Shown: positions 44,532 to 56,225 of the stretch, piece by piece
Position numbering within the stretch: the stretch's first letter is position 1
How the letters are laid out: every line of letters starts with the position of its first letter
Virus record (IMG/VR): IMGVR_UViG_3300029904_000005
Location: 1 to 64,000 of that record
Strand: one strand, 5' to 3'
From: a virus
Length of the DNA: 64,000 nucleotides
Translations under genes and position numbers: made by a program
Notes under the pieces: model-generated
Told to the model about the DNA's origin: nothing
Seen by the model: the letters and a program-made list of their open reading frames with translations, nothing else
Databases searched by the model: none

Positions 44532-47500
44532 TGAATACTAGTTGTGTATGGATTCCACAGAAAAATGGAAAACCAAGTAAATTATTTACTGACCTTATGC
44601 GTATTACAGAGAACAGGGAGAAAGCCAAGGAGCTTTACTCCCTTGTCTCTATACCTGAGGTACAGGAGGCTATAGGACTAAAGGAAAAAGACTCTCTTAA
44701 TGAGCCTGTTATAACTGAAGTACTGGAGAAAGTAGGCAACCCCCGGATTTTTCTGGGGGATAATGCCTATAAAAAGTATGTTACAGAGAAAGAAAATCTT
44801 GATAGATTATATTCTGACTTTGATGAGGCTTATAACAGACTTAAGAGCCTTATAACAAATTATCAGGACTATGCTTTCAGTATAGTACCTGATGGCAATA
44901 GCTTTAGAATAGCTATGGAGGATAAGGCTACAGGTATAAGAGGAATGAGGCATACTGTATTTAATGGAGAACTGCAAAACCGTCTTCTTAGTATATTAAG
45001 GTCATTGGGCTTTGATGTAAAGACTGACTCTACTGTTGGAAATACAAACAGATTCTCTCCTCTTACAGCACAGAAGAATGCTGATAATCTAAGAGAAGTC
45101 ATAAGAATAGCTAAAGGACAAAAAGGAGAAGAGGCTTTTCCTGAAGAGTTTGCACATGTGATGATTGAAGGACTTCAAAGACATCCTCTTGTAAGGAGGA
45201 TATTGGATATGATGTCTGATAAAGAGACTGTCCAGTCAGTACTTGGAGAAGACTATGAAAGATATAGACAGTTATATAATGGAAATGAGGAGATGCTGAA
45301 AAAAGAGGCTGCAGGAAAGGTTCTTGCTCAGTCTATAATAAATAAATCCTCTATACCTATTGTAGATAGAGTCTATAAAGTATCTCTTGAAAGATTCTCA
45401 AGAGCTGATGCCACAAAGATAGCTGAAGCTATAGTAGCAGCTGAAGATGCAGCTGACTCATTAGTTGATGCTTTTGATGAATCTGATACCTATGCTTATT
45501 TCAGCAGGGAAGATGTAATAAGTGGAAATGGTCTTAGCAGTCTGTCAAAGGAAGTAAAAGAGCTGGAAGAAGCTGCTGTAGCTGCCTATGATACACTTAC
45601 AAGAAAAATGAGAATCTCCTCTGCCAGAAGTAAAGTAAGAAGACCTGACTCAAGAGAAAACAGGGCACTTGCTGACATGAGAGACAGAATGCAGAAGAAA
45701 GATTATGCTGGAAGTATTTATTCTGCTCTTACTTATGTATTGGATGATGTAGAGGAGCTGTATGGTAGAATAAAGGATTTTAATGAACAGTATAAAACAG
45801 AAGGAAGATTTAAAGCAGGTAGAATAAATCAGTCCTTTAAACTTCTCAGAAGAGTTGCTGACTCACTTAATGCCTACTCTGATGTAGTAGGGAGGCTTGC
45901 TGCTATAAGAGATATGCCTAATATACAGGATGCTCTTGATGAAGGAGATATAAGTGAGATAGAAGATAAAGCAGTACAGATAACAGCTGTATGCAATAAT
46001 TTAAAAAGAGTATATGAGAACTCACGAAGAAATACCATATTTGAGTTTTTCAGAGGATGGTTGGGAGATGAGAGGATAACAGGAAGGGATGGTACAGGAG
46101 TAAATATAAATGAGATACTTGACCAAGCTCCTCATGATGTGACAGACTTGGCAAGACTGTTCAATTCTATGGAGGACTCTTCTGACTCACTGCTTGTTAT
46201 TCTAGATAATATACTAAAGAAAGTACTGCATGTAAGAGACAGGAAGACTGTAGAGATATCCCGTACTATAAAGGCCATACAGCATAATTATTATAATGAA
46301 AGTGGCAGCAGAGATACATCATTTATGTATGAGAGAGATTCTGAAGGTAAGCTTACAGGAATGATTATCTCTGATATAGACCATGCTAAGTACTATAAAG
46401 AAAGAAAAGAGTATATATTGATGTTAAGAGACAGAGGGGTAAGCGAAGATGAAATCTCCGCTAATCTTGAAACTTGGACTCTCAATCATACTAAACTTGT
46501 ACAGAACAAACTTGGTAAGAAAGAAAGAATACCAAGACAGGATATGTATCCTTCTGACAATCTGAAAAAGTTAAATACAGCTCAAAGAAAGTACTATGAT
46601 GCAATGATGGAAGTGAAACAGTGGAGTGACTCTATGCTTCCATCAAAGTATATGAGAACTTATAGAGCACCTATGAAAAGGGCCTCTACTGCTGATGCTG
46701 TTATGACTGCCTCATCAACCAGGCAGGCTGTACAACAATTAAAAGGCTCCTTTAGAAATGCGTGGGTCAGGACAGTAGATGATACTGAGTATGGTGCTTT
46801 AGGAGAATCTGCTATAGATGTAGAGACAGGAGAACTTACAGATGTTGTAAAAGCAAGAAGTGTACTTCTTGATTTTGCAGGAAATCCTGTAGCTAGGATT
46901 CCTTTGCCATATACCTCAAGACTTGATGATATGTCAGCTTTAAGTACTAATTTCACTGACAGTATTCTGGCCTATGCTGCTATGTCTGTAAACTATAATG
47001 AGATATCAAGAATAGCTGATGCTATGGAAGTTATTAAAAGTTATGTGGCAGATAGAGATGTAGTTCAGACTACAGGAGCAAGTAAGTTGATTGAACAGAA
47101 GAAGAACTTTGAAGGAAAGAGGGAAAGCACTCCTGTAATTAAAAAAGGATTTGATTCAAAAATCTATAAAACTCTTGAAGGGTATATAAATAGGAATATA
47201 TATGGAAGAACAAAGAATGAGGATAGAGTATATATAGGAAATAAGGAGATAAATGCAGGAAAAGTACTTGATAATTTTAAATGGTACACCACACTGCTTG
47301 GAATGGGTTATAATATATTCTCATTTGGTTCTAATGTAACTATGGGAAATGCTCAGCTTTTATTGGAGGCACTTAGTGGAAGATGGGATAAAACCACATT
47401 TAATCTTAAGGATTTAGCTAAGGGTGTTGCATTCTATACAAAACATACTACAGGAGTATTTGCAGATAGATACAGAGATATAAAGAGAGATAAGTTGTCA

Positions 47501-48535
47501 CTTCTGTTAAGAGAGTTTGACCCTGAGGAAGAGATTTATAGAGGACTGTTAAATGATAATACTGCACAAGGTGTAGTTAAGAGAAGTATGTCATTATTGA
47601 CTCCTCTGCAAGGTATGTCAGCAGGAGAGCATTATCTTCATTCAGTAATCATGGCTGCATATCTCAATCATATAAAAGTTAAGGTTGGAGATAAAACCAT
47701 GTCACTTCTTGATGCCTATACTACAGAAGAAGTAGAAATTGGAAAAGGCATGACTGACACTATACTTAAGCTTCCTGAAGGAATTGAATTTGTAGATGGT
47801 AATAAGATAACTGACGAATCTCTCTTTGATATAAAAAGAAGGATACAGGTAATATCTCACAAAATAAATGGTGCTTATAGTGATATAGATAAAGGTCAGA
47901 TAAACAATAGTGTGTATGGAAGACTCCTTATGCAGTATAGACAATGGATGCCTGCCTTTTATATGAGTAGATTTAAATCATCAAGGTATAATGCTGTTAC
48001 TGACAGAATGGAGGAAGGCTACTATAGAACTATGGGAAAATTCATGCTTCAGCTGCTTAAAGATATAGGAGACTTAAAGTTTACATTCTTTACCAGATTT
48101 AAACAACTGTCACCATATCAGAAGGCTAATATAATGAAGAGTATATATGAGCTTAGTTTATTTGGTTTATTAAGTCTACTTCTTAGATTTGGCGGAGAAC
48201 CTGATGATGAGGATACTTATGCACTTAACTATCTGAGGTATATGGCTTATAGATTAAGACTTGAATTAGGTAGTGGTGCTCCATCTCTAGCTTTCTTTGA
48301 GAATTTAGGAACTCTGGTACAAAGTCCTGTGCCTGCTATGGAGAAGATGGAATATATAGTTAATATATTTAATTTTGGAGATATAGGCCAGACTATTGAG
48401 ACAGGAAAATACGCAGGATGGAATAAGTATCTAAGAAATGTCTACTTTGCTCTACCTTTTGCAAGAAATATAGGAAGAGCTGTAGAACTAGGGCAGGGAC
48501 ATTTTGATATGTTCAATCCTTATATAAAAGATTAA
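44525..48535 (+). CDS. large virion-associated protein (1336 aa)
   Basis: Overlaps the giant ORF stop. No recognisable motif. Confidence 0.8.
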   Translation: MLMNTSCVWIPQKNGKPSKLFTDLMRITENREKAKELYSLVSIPEVQEAIGLKEKDSLNEPVITEVLEKVGNPRIFLGDNAYKKYVTEKENLDRLYSDFDEAYNRLKSLITNYQDYAFSIVPDGNSFRIAMEDKATGIRGMRHTVFNGELQNRLLSILRSLGFDVKTDSTVGNTNRFSPLTAQKNADNLREVIRIAKGQKGEEAFPEEFAHVMIEGLQRHPLVRRILDMMSDKETVQSVLGEDYERYRQLYNGNEEMLKKEAAGKVLAQSIINKSSIPIVDRVYKVSLERFSRADATKIAEAIVAAEDAADSLVDAFDESDTYAYFSREDVISGNGLSSLSKEVKELEEAAVAAYDTLTRKMRISSARSKVRRPDSRENRALADMRDRMQKKDYAGSIYSALTYVLDDVEELYGRIKDFNEQYKTEGRFKAGRINQSFKLLRRVADSLNAYSDVVGRLAAIRDMPNIQDALDEGDISEIEDKAVQITAVCNNLKRVYENSRRNTIFEFFRGWLGDERITGRDGTGVNINEILDQAPHDVTDLARLFNSMEDSSDSLLVILDNILKKVLHVRDRKTVEISRTIKAIQHNYYNESGSRDTSFMYERDSEGKLTGMIISDIDHAKYYKERKEYILMLRDRGVSEDEISANLETWTLNHTKLVQNKLGKKERIPRQDMYPSDNLKKLNTAQRKYYDAMMEVKQWSDSMLPSKYMRTYRAPMKRASTADAVMTASSTRQAVQQLKGSFRNAWVRTVDDTEYGALGESAIDVETGELTDVVKARSVLLDFAGNPVARIPLPYTSRLDDMSALSTNFTDSILAYAAMSVNYNEISRIADAMEVIKSYVADRDVVQTTGASKLIEQKKNFEGKRESTPVIKKGFDSKIYKTLEGYINRNIYGRTKNEDRVYIGNKEINAGKVLDNFKWYTTLLGMGYNIFSFGSNVTMGNAQLLLEALSGRWDKTTFNLKDLAKGVAFYTKHTTGVFADRYRDIKRDKLSLLLREFDPEEEIYRGLLNDNTAQGVVKRSMSLLTPLQGMSAGEHYLHSVIMAAYLNHIKVKVGDKTMSLLDAYTTEEVEIGKGMTDTILKLPEGIEFVDGNKITDESLFDIKRRIQVISHKINGAYSDIDKGQINNSVYGRLLMQYRQWMPAFYMSRFKSSRYNAVTDRMEEGYYRTMGKFMLQLLKDIGDLKFTFFTRFKQLSPYQKANIMKSIYELSLFGLLSLLLRFGGEPDDEDTYALNYLRYMAYRLRLELGSGAPSLAFFENLGTLVQSPVPAMEKMEYIVNIFNFGDIGQTIETGKYAGWNKYLRNVYFALPFARNIGRAVELGQGHFDMFNPYIKD

Positions 48536-48559
48536 TAAAAAAAAAATAGAAAAAATAAA

Positions 48560-48605
48560 AAAAAAATAAGGGAAAGGAGTAAATCTTTTCCCTTATTTTT
48601 TTTTA
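48560..48605. terminator. bidirectional rho-independent terminator at the convergent strand switch
   Basis: taagggaaa-loop-tttccctta hairpin flanked by A-runs upstream and T-runs downstream. Lies between the + gene ending at 48535 and the - gene ending at 48616. Confidence 0.7.
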
Positions 48606-48615
48606 TATTATTGTT

Positions 48616-51600
48616 TTAAAACGGCATACAAGCCCCTGTTTCTACCATATATCTGTAAGTCTCTTCTATAGAGTGAGTTTTAGCAAAATCCTCTATGAAC
48701 TCCCATGCACCTTTAGCATTTTCAAGATTCTCTACCAGCTCATCATTATCTACATTTGATAGAGTACTAAGTGCAGCTTTACAAAACTGTTCATAAGTTA
48801 TACTTGTCCCTTCAGTAGGAATGTTACTTACAGCCTTTTTTGTGGGTATTCTACTTGCAACAGGCTTATTGGTTACTTTTTTATCAGCCACTTTCTTAAC
48901 ATTTTTCTCTTGTTTAGCCTCAGGCTTTCCTTCTTCTGCTCCTGTAGGTGTGGAGAGTCCAAGAACAGAGTCAAATAATCCTTTTCCTTTAGGCTTTGGA
49001 ATAGAGGGTTTCTTGGTACTTGGAGCAGAAACTGAGGTAGGATTTTCTGTACTCTCTGACTCAGATTTTACTCTATTTCCTGTCTTAATATCAACTTGAA
49101 CCCATTCTATTAAACCTTTTTCCTGTATAACATTATCTTTTATTATAGCTTCCTTCCTAATTACAGGAATAAACCCTTTCTCAGGAGAGCCTATATAATC
49201 AAACAGTGTAGGGAAAGTCTGCTCTTCTTTAAACATTGATGTAAGAACTCCTCTAACAGAATAATCAGGAACAATAATAGTAGTACCATCATCCTTTTTA
49301 TATCCCTTAAGAGGGTCAAGTTCAGAATAGGTTGCAGACTTAACATACTCCCCAGAGTTATTTACTCGGATAGATATATCAGGAGTATCCTTATGATGTG
49401 TTTTTCCAAACTTAACTGCTGCAATATAGTTATTTCCAATTCTATATCTTATAGTCTCATCTTTCTTAGTACCTCTTCCCTTTCTATCTGCTTGCCATTC
49501 ATGTATTTCACTATCTGTCATTTTCCTAAGATTAGTACCATCAAGTAGATAGAACTCAAACAGGTTAGACATAGGATTCAGTACTTCATAAATAGGATTA
49601 TTCTTATTTTTAAACCAATATCTTGACTGGGCCATATTCCTAACTATATCAGAGTAAAGCTCAACAAGTATTATCTGCATAGGGTCTGTAACCTGCTTTC
49701 TACTACTGTCAAGATATTTACCACTATCAGAAGTCTTATAGAAAGTCTCCCCATTTATAGTAAACTTATCTGATGACTTGTCCTTTTGGAATCCTTTGAA
49801 TCCTGAATGTACTGAAATAGTCTTACCAGCCTCAGATTCAATCATACTCCATGTACCATCATCATGTATCTCTATCTGGTTTATTATATATGAACTATTA
49901 ACATTCTGTACTCTTGCAAGGTCTGTCTTAAGCATATCAGATGCTATAAGGTCCTCCTTACTCCATATATCATGAAAAGATATATTAAATGTATAACCAG
50001 CATCATATATAAGTCTTAACAAATCATCCTCTGCATTTACAGAAGTAAGGTCAGATGTCCCTCTACTATTGGCTGTCTTAGCTATTTTAGTATCTACATC
50101 TATAATGAGTTTCTTATTCTCGGGTATCTGTAGATACTGCCTGAGTGTATGCAGTGCATTCTTAACAGCATTAAGGTCTTCTTTTCTAGCAGCTGAGACA
50201 ATATCTGAGACAATAGCTTTTATTCTCTTCACTACAGGAGCATTAGTATGAGAGCCTGAAGGATATTCCTCTACATTGAATTTCTTAGGACTCACATATT
50301 TATGAGTAATCTGTCCATTAGATTCCAATACTCTCATCCATACAGTCCCTGCTCTATTAGAAGTTATTCCATGAGGATTATAAGAATTAAGAGGTATTAA
50401 TCTACCTGGCAAATCAGCACCTATAGTATAAGTATCTCCCATTCTTGTCTGTACACAGAACTGAACCATAGAAGAATCTACATTCCCTTCCTTATCTCTA
50501 GGCATAATATCAAGCAGGTTCTTATCAGCATCAGCATTAGGATAATTTTCATCAGCCTTAACCATTCTACCTGTATATGCAAATACTATATTAGAATAGT
50601 ATGGCAGTATAAATCCTGCACCTTTACCTGACCCAACTTCCTCTATAGTCTTTGAAGCATAAGCCCCTCCTGTATGGATGGCTGTATCAAAAAACTTTTG
50701 CCAAGACTCTTCTGTTTTGCTTGTTTTATTAACAGCTCCTAATACATGAGCATGATATGTATTTCCTGCAGCATCCTTTAATATAAGAGGCCCTTTTTCA
50801 TCCTCAATTACTGCAAGAATTGTATTTAGAGAATCATGGGTAGCCTTTCCTGTATCAGGGTCAAGAACAAGAACTCTTGCAAAATTCACAGTAAGAGGTT
50901 GTCCCTTACTCTCTCTTTCATTTTTCCACTCGGCAAACCCTCCGGATTGTAACCACTCTTCTTCTCCAAGGATTCTCATAAGCCTTCCTACAAAAGAATT
51001 AGATGAGTTATCTATAGCTCTGTGATTCTCTTTTAATTCCTTTATATTATATAAGGTACCATATCTTCCTATTTGAAAAGCATCTTCATCACCATAATAT
51101 TCTCCATATCCTCTAGGCTCACTCTCAGCATAGTTGTCTCTTTGTCTTTTTCCTGCACCTCTTATCCAAAGATTGTCAGTTTTTCTATTAGTTTTAGCTT
51201 TCTTTGATTCAGCAGCACCATTACTTATACCACCTTCAACAGCCTCATCAGATGTTACTATTTTTCCTGATGTTGTTGAAGATTCCTCAGGCTTTGACTT
51301 TGGTTTATAAGGATTACTGGGACTGAGCTTTCCTGCATCATCCTGTCTTAATGCCTCTCTAAGGTCATCATCAGAGTAATTATGATAGTCAGGAGCTAAG
51401 TCTTCAAAAGTATATCCCTCAACTTTTGTTATACCTTTTACTTTTCTTGTTTCTACTTTTCTACCCTCAGCAGTTTTAATGAGTTCTTCTCTTGTCTTAT
51501 CATCATAGCTGTCATCCTCATCACTTTCATGAGGGTCAGATTCTTCTACTGAATCTTCTTGATTGGCAGTACCTTTTGAAAACAAGCCTCCCTTTGCCTG

Positions 51601-54189
51601 TTTTGACTTTACCATATTATCTACTTTATCAAGTCTATCTTTCTCAGCCTTTACTTTATCAGCATCTTCTTTAGAAAGGGTTTTCTCCATTTGGTCATAT
51701 AAGGCATCATTGAAAGAGGCAGCATTATCATACTTATTTGCAGCTAATACATTATCAATAATATTAAATATATTAGAATCCTCAATTCCAGCTTTTCTCA
51801 TACTCTGGACAAACTTTCTCATATCATCTGCCAGTTTCTGTATTTCATTTGCTCTTACAGGACCAGTACCACCCTCATCATCAGAGAGCATGTCCATTAC
51901 TGTATTAAGGTCAGAAGTCTGATAATTTTTCAACATATCAGCTGCTGTATTGATAAAACCTGATTCATTAGATTGAATCTCATTATAAATAGGAGTCAGT
52001 CTTTTTCTTTCAGATTCAATAAAATTAGACTCTATTTCTTCAGCTTTCTGACTTGCAGTCTCTATATTATGCAGAGCAGGATTATCCCAGATTTTCTGTA
52101 GAGAAGCAGCTGTAGCTAGTGCAGCCTTATCTATTCTGCCCAAATCATCTATCTTTTTGATATATGATTCCCTTACATCTGGAGTAATATAAGTGTCATT
52201 CTCAAGAAACTTTTTAACTCTGTTTCTATATTCAGAACTATCCCAGTTTGCATATCCATCATTATCAAGTTTATTTCCTATATATCCAGTCAGCTCTTCT
52301 ATAATAGTATTTCTTCTACTTTCTAAGTCTCTGAGAAGTGCTTTACCAAACAGATACTGTCCTGTTGTATCTACAGAGAAATCATGACCAGAACTTTCAA
52401 GTGCTGCCTTGTCATCAAGATAATCTTTCTTTATCTGTTTTACTCTCTCAGCATTCTCCCCCAGAATCCTTCTCACTTCAGTGACAACTCCTTTGTCAGT
52501 CTGGTCTGTAAGTGTAGCTATACCATCAGGAGTTATAAGAGAATCTCTAAGACTTAAAGCCTCTTCATCTGTTATATTCTGTGACTTATCTATTATAGCA
52601 TCAAGAACATCCATTCTGCCTATGGAGTCAAAAGTCTGTACAGTTGACAATAACTCACCGAGGTCATAGTTTTTAAAATTAAAGTCATCTCCTACTATAG
52701 CTGACTCAATTCTTCTATTTGAAAAGGCTTTAGTTCTTACAAGATTATCTATTAATGTTTTGTAATTTCCTTCTTTAAGTTTCTTATCAATAGTATTTAC
52801 TGTATTTCTAAGTGCTTTATCCTCATTATATCTTTGTATAAACTCAGATATACCACCTCCCCATGAAGGACTTGGATATGTTTTTCCTGATGAGGCCTGT
52901 CTTTTTCTGAATGACGGGACTCCAAGTATTGAAGTGAAGGCCCCCATCAATCCTTCCATTACAGTCTGTTTCTCACCAATGGCAGCACCTACAGCTGATA
53001 AAAAAGCATCTCCAAGTGTATCTATATTTTCTCTTTCATCAAGGTCTTCCTCATAAAGTGTATAGTCATAGACACTAGGCTGCTTTGTAGAAAAATCAGA
53101 TATGATTCCTTGAGAGATTTCTTCTCCAGCCTCACTTAGAGCCTCTTTTACTCTTCCTCCAATAGTACGCAAAGTAGAGGCTGTTTTACCTCTCATTTTA
53201 AGTCCCATTCCCTCTATAAGAGATGCATCCTTTTCAAGGGCCTTTACTGTAAGTTTCTGTCCATTTTTATCTACAAGTTTTACTCCACGCTCAGCAAGAG
53301 ACTTATTGACAGTCTGCTTAGAAAAAGTAGCTCCTCTTCTAAGAGTACTACCCCAACCCAACATATTGGTTGCCATCAGTAGGGCGGCATTTATACCATA
53401 GGTAGTATTTCCTGCCATATTAGAGTCAGCAACTATTTCATTATATTTATCAGAATACCATTTATTTAGAGCATTAAGTTCTTCAATGTCAGTAATAAAA
53501 GCCTTTCTCCTATTATACTCCATAGTTAAAGGATTAAGTCTTTCACTTATTACATCATTCTTAACCTGTAGTCCCTCTGTTCTTGCCTCAGCTAATGCTG
53601 ACATAAATGCAGGAACAATCATAGACATAGCTCCTGTAAGTCCAAGAGCACCTCCAAGAGCACCTGCTCCCATCATACCAACAGTAAATCCTGCATTTTG
53701 TATAAGGTCTCCCCAGAATACAGATGAGAACAGTTGCTGTCCTATAGGAAGTTCTTCATAACCTCTTGGTCTGTATATTTGATGTCTGTTGAGTACATTC
53801 TCTTGCCATTTGTTCAACTGTCTAGTCACAGGATTAAATGTTCCATTACCTGTAGCCAATGATAAAGCTTCAAATATATTACCAAGAGTAGCATCAAGAA
53901 ATGTAGTACCTGCTATGGCACCCATATTTCCCAATCCTCTTGCCAATCTATTTATTCCTGACTGTGCTCTATATCTTCTATCATTGATATCATCAGGACT
54001 AAGATAGGATACATCTCCTATATTTCTATCTATTCTTCTGTCTATTCTCCCAATAACAGGATTATATTGAGAGACAGCTCTTTGATTGACAGACTGTTCT
54101 AGAGCTTCCTCATATGTTGTCTGAGGGTCTTTAATAGGGGCTACTCCACTTCTTTCAACTTTTCTATCAAGATATGATAAATCCGCCAT
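48616..54189 (-). CDS. very large virion protein (1857 aa); putative tail or ejected cargo protein
   Basis: Gly-rich hydrophobic segment MGAGALGGALGLTGAM near the N-terminus. The internal + strand ORFs are antisense artefacts. Confidence 0.8.
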   Translation of the reverse strand: MADLSYLDRKVERSGVAPIKDPQTTYEEALEQSVNQRAVSQYNPVIGRIDRRIDRNIGDVSYLSPDDINDRRYRAQSGINRLARGLGNMGAIAGTTFLDATLGNIFEALSLATGNGTFNPVTRQLNKWQENVLNRHQIYRPRGYEELPIGQQLFSSVFWGDLIQNAGFTVGMMGAGALGGALGLTGAMSMIVPAFMSALAEARTEGLQVKNDVISERLNPLTMEYNRRKAFITDIEELNALNKWYSDKYNEIVADSNMAGNTTYGINAALLMATNMLGWGSTLRRGATFSKQTVNKSLAERGVKLVDKNGQKLTVKALEKDASLIEGMGLKMRGKTASTLRTIGGRVKEALSEAGEEISQGIISDFSTKQPSVYDYTLYEEDLDERENIDTLGDAFLSAVGAAIGEKQTVMEGLMGAFTSILGVPSFRKRQASSGKTYPSPSWGGGISEFIQRYNEDKALRNTVNTIDKKLKEGNYKTLIDNLVRTKAFSNRRIESAIVGDDFNFKNYDLGELLSTVQTFDSIGRMDVLDAIIDKSQNITDEEALSLRDSLITPDGIATLTDQTDKGVVTEVRRILGENAERVKQIKKDYLDDKAALESSGHDFSVDTTGQYLFGKALLRDLESRRNTIIEELTGYIGNKLDNDGYANWDSSEYRNRVKKFLENDTYITPDVRESYIKKIDDLGRIDKAALATAASLQKIWDNPALHNIETASQKAEEIESNFIESERKRLTPIYNEIQSNESGFINTAADMLKNYQTSDLNTVMDMLSDDEGGTGPVRANEIQKLADDMRKFVQSMRKAGIEDSNIFNIIDNVLAANKYDNAASFNDALYDQMEKTLSKEDADKVKAEKDRLDKVDNMVKSKQAKGGLFSKGTANQEDSVEESDPHESDEDDSYDDKTREELIKTAEGRKVETRKVKGITKVEGYTFEDLAPDYHNYSDDDLREALRQDDAGKLSPSNPYKPKSKPEESSTTSGKIVTSDEAVEGGISNGAAESKKAKTNRKTDNLWIRGAGKRQRDNYAESEPRGYGEYYGDEDAFQIGRYGTLYNIKELKENHRAIDNSSNSFVGRLMRILGEEEWLQSGGFAEWKNERESKGQPLTVNFARVLVLDPDTGKATHDSLNTILAVIEDEKGPLILKDAAGNTYHAHVLGAVNKTSKTEESWQKFFDTAIHTGGAYASKTIEEVGSGKGAGFILPYYSNIVFAYTGRMVKADENYPNADADKNLLDIMPRDKEGNVDSSMVQFCVQTRMGDTYTIGADLPGRLIPLNSYNPHGITSNRAGTVWMRVLESNGQITHKYVSPKKFNVEEYPSGSHTNAPVVKRIKAIVSDIVSAARKEDLNAVKNALHTLRQYLQIPENKKLIIDVDTKIAKTANSRGTSDLTSVNAEDDLLRLIYDAGYTFNISFHDIWSKEDLIASDMLKTDLARVQNVNSSYIINQIEIHDDGTWSMIESEAGKTISVHSGFKGFQKDKSSDKFTINGETFYKTSDSGKYLDSSRKQVTDPMQIILVELYSDIVRNMAQSRYWFKNKNNPIYEVLNPMSNLFEFYLLDGTNLRKMTDSEIHEWQADRKGRGTKKDETIRYRIGNNYIAAVKFGKTHHKDTPDISIRVNNSGEYVKSATYSELDPLKGYKKDDGTTIIVPDYSVRGVLTSMFKEEQTFPTLFDYIGSPEKGFIPVIRKEAIIKDNVIQEKGLIEWVQVDIKTGNRVKSESESTENPTSVSAPSTKKPSIPKPKGKGLFDSVLGLSTPTGAEEGKPEAKQEKNVKKVADKKVTNKPVASRIPTKKAVSNIPTEGTSITYEQFCKAALSTLSNVDNDELVENLENAKGAWEFIEDFAKTHSIEETYRYMVETGACMPF

Positions 54190-54191
54190 AA

Positions 54192-56225
54192 CTATTTCCT
54201 CTTTTTCTCAGTATCATAAGTTACATTTATTATATCCTCAAGGAACATCTGAGGCTCACTGCCCATAAAGCTATATGGATTAGATACTCCTATACATACT
54301 CCTGTTTCTGTAGTTACTATCTTATGAGGTACTCCACTAGCATCATTTACAACCAGCACATATCCTATAACATTACCTCCAGCCATAATAGGAGACATAT
54401 TCTCTCTTTTGAAAGGAGTAAAAGGAACTCCTTCTATATTAAAATCTTCAAATAGATTCTTTCCTTTCCAAGACTCCCAGTTAAGAGATACAAATTCAGG
54501 CATAACAGCTCTTTCTTCAGAAGTTCCTATACCTGGAACACTAACACCGTCTATATTATAACCATCCCTGCTAAAATCAAGCAAACCATCCATTCTACCT
54601 TGTATACCTCTTCTCCTCTTAACATCATCAACACTGCCTTCAAGATAATAATAGTTAGTTCCATCAGTTACACATACTCTTCCCTCACTATCAATTGAAT
54701 AGTATCTATTATCTGCTTCCAGAAGAGCAGCAATCTCTTTTTCACTTGCCAGTTTCCCTACACTCTGATTGTCCTTGTCATACTTAAATACTCTTCCATT
54801 AGTTATTCTATTAATATAGTTTCTATCATCTATTGAGAATCCTGCAGTAGTTTCCTTATCAAAATTAAATCTTGTAGGAGATATTTGTACTTCAGACATT
54901 CTTATAGCTGTTCCTATTCTTACATTATTAATAGGGTCATCAGATATATAACTATATTTATCTGCTAAAGCTTGGAATCTCTCCTTATCTCTTCTCTTTA
55001 TTTTCTCTGATTGTTTCTCACTATATTTAGGATACTTAGAATTAACTAAGTCATTTATAGTACTCATCGTGTAAGCAGTACTCCATAAATTATTCTCATC
55101 AGCATATTTAATAAGAGAATTACGATATTCCTCTCTTAATTCATTATATCTTTCAGGGTCTTCATCATAGACCATCATAGCAGCAAGTTCAGGAGATACA
55201 AGCATCATTTGACCATCAACTTCTGCTTCAATATACATATAATCCGAATTATTATCTCCAGTCATTAAACCTGAATATGCCTCATAATCAGATACAGCTT
55301 GCTCATAATCTCTTCTAGGTACAAGATTAACAGGAGCACCTTTATATGTATTAAGATTTGTATTATAAGAAGTTTCTGGAATACCTTCACTATCCCCAGA
55401 TGGTGGAATTACTCCATATGCTCTATTCTGCATATACTCTACTTTAGTTTCTCCAGACAGCCCTGCCTGCATACCTTCAATAATATATCTCTCGGCTCTG
55501 TCTCTGTCTTCTTCAGTAAATCCTTCAGAGTATATACCAGAGTTATCCATAATTTCTTGAACTTGACTATCAAGTTCAGGTATAGCTTCTATTACACCTC
55601 CCATAAAAGCTTTAGCCTGTTCAGAATCAGGACCATATTGACTGACTATCTCCCAATACTGCTCCTCCATAGCAAGTCTTGCAGATTCAGGAACTGACCT
55701 TATACTATTTGAGAAAGCCTGTGCAAGTGCTTGTCCTCTACCATAAAGTTCATTACCACTCACATATGCTGCTTCAGGAGACATACCATTCATATATCCT
55801 GCCACTCCTTGATAGTAAGGATTTGCATTTGTCATAAGGGTAGGGTCTTTGGATACTTTTTCATCCCAGAGTTTTCTTGCTTCAGCTCTTGCAAGAATAC
55901 CTTGCTGTATAGGTACTATCTCATTATTATACTGCCTTCTTAAAGTATTAATAGTCTTTCTACTGCCTGCTGTAAGACCATTACTGGCAAGTTCCTCAGC
56001 AGCACTCTCTACAGCATTCCTGTAAGGAGTATAAATATTATCAAGCAGTTCAGAGTCATACTCTCTACTTAACTGTGCTCCTATTTGTCCTAAAGCATCT
56101 GAATAAGTATTATATAATTCCTCCTGTCTTTGATGCTCCTGCTCTGCTGCTAAAACTGGAGCAAGAATCTCCTCATAACTAAAAGGCTTAAATTTACTAC
56201 CTATTACTAAATAATTAGCTGCCAT
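54192..56225 (-). CDS. virion structural protein (677 aa), hypothetical
   Basis: Contiguous with neighbouring minus-strand genes (overlapping stops). Confidence 0.8.
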   Translation of the reverse strand: MAANYLVIGSKFKPFSYEEILAPVLAAEQEHQRQEELYNTYSDALGQIGAQLSREYDSELLDNIYTPYRNAVESAAEELASNGLTAGSRKTINTLRRQYNNEIVPIQQGILARAEARKLWDEKVSKDPTLMTNANPYYQGVAGYMNGMSPEAAYVSGNELYGRGQALAQAFSNSIRSVPESARLAMEEQYWEIVSQYGPDSEQAKAFMGGVIEAIPELDSQVQEIMDNSGIYSEGFTEEDRDRAERYIIEGMQAGLSGETKVEYMQNRAYGVIPPSGDSEGIPETSYNTNLNTYKGAPVNLVPRRDYEQAVSDYEAYSGLMTGDNNSDYMYIEAEVDGQMMLVSPELAAMMVYDEDPERYNELREEYRNSLIKYADENNLWSTAYTMSTINDLVNSKYPKYSEKQSEKIKRRDKERFQALADKYSYISDDPINNVRIGTAIRMSEVQISPTRFNFDKETTAGFSIDDRNYINRITNGRVFKYDKDNQSVGKLASEKEIAALLEADNRYYSIDSEGRVCVTDGTNYYYLEGSVDDVKRRRGIQGRMDGLLDFSRDGYNIDGVSVPGIGTSEERAVMPEFVSLNWESWKGKNLFEDFNIEGVPFTPFKRENMSPIMAGGNVIGYVLVVNDASGVPHKIVTTETGVCIGVSNPYSFMGSEPQMFLEDIINVTYDTEKKRK

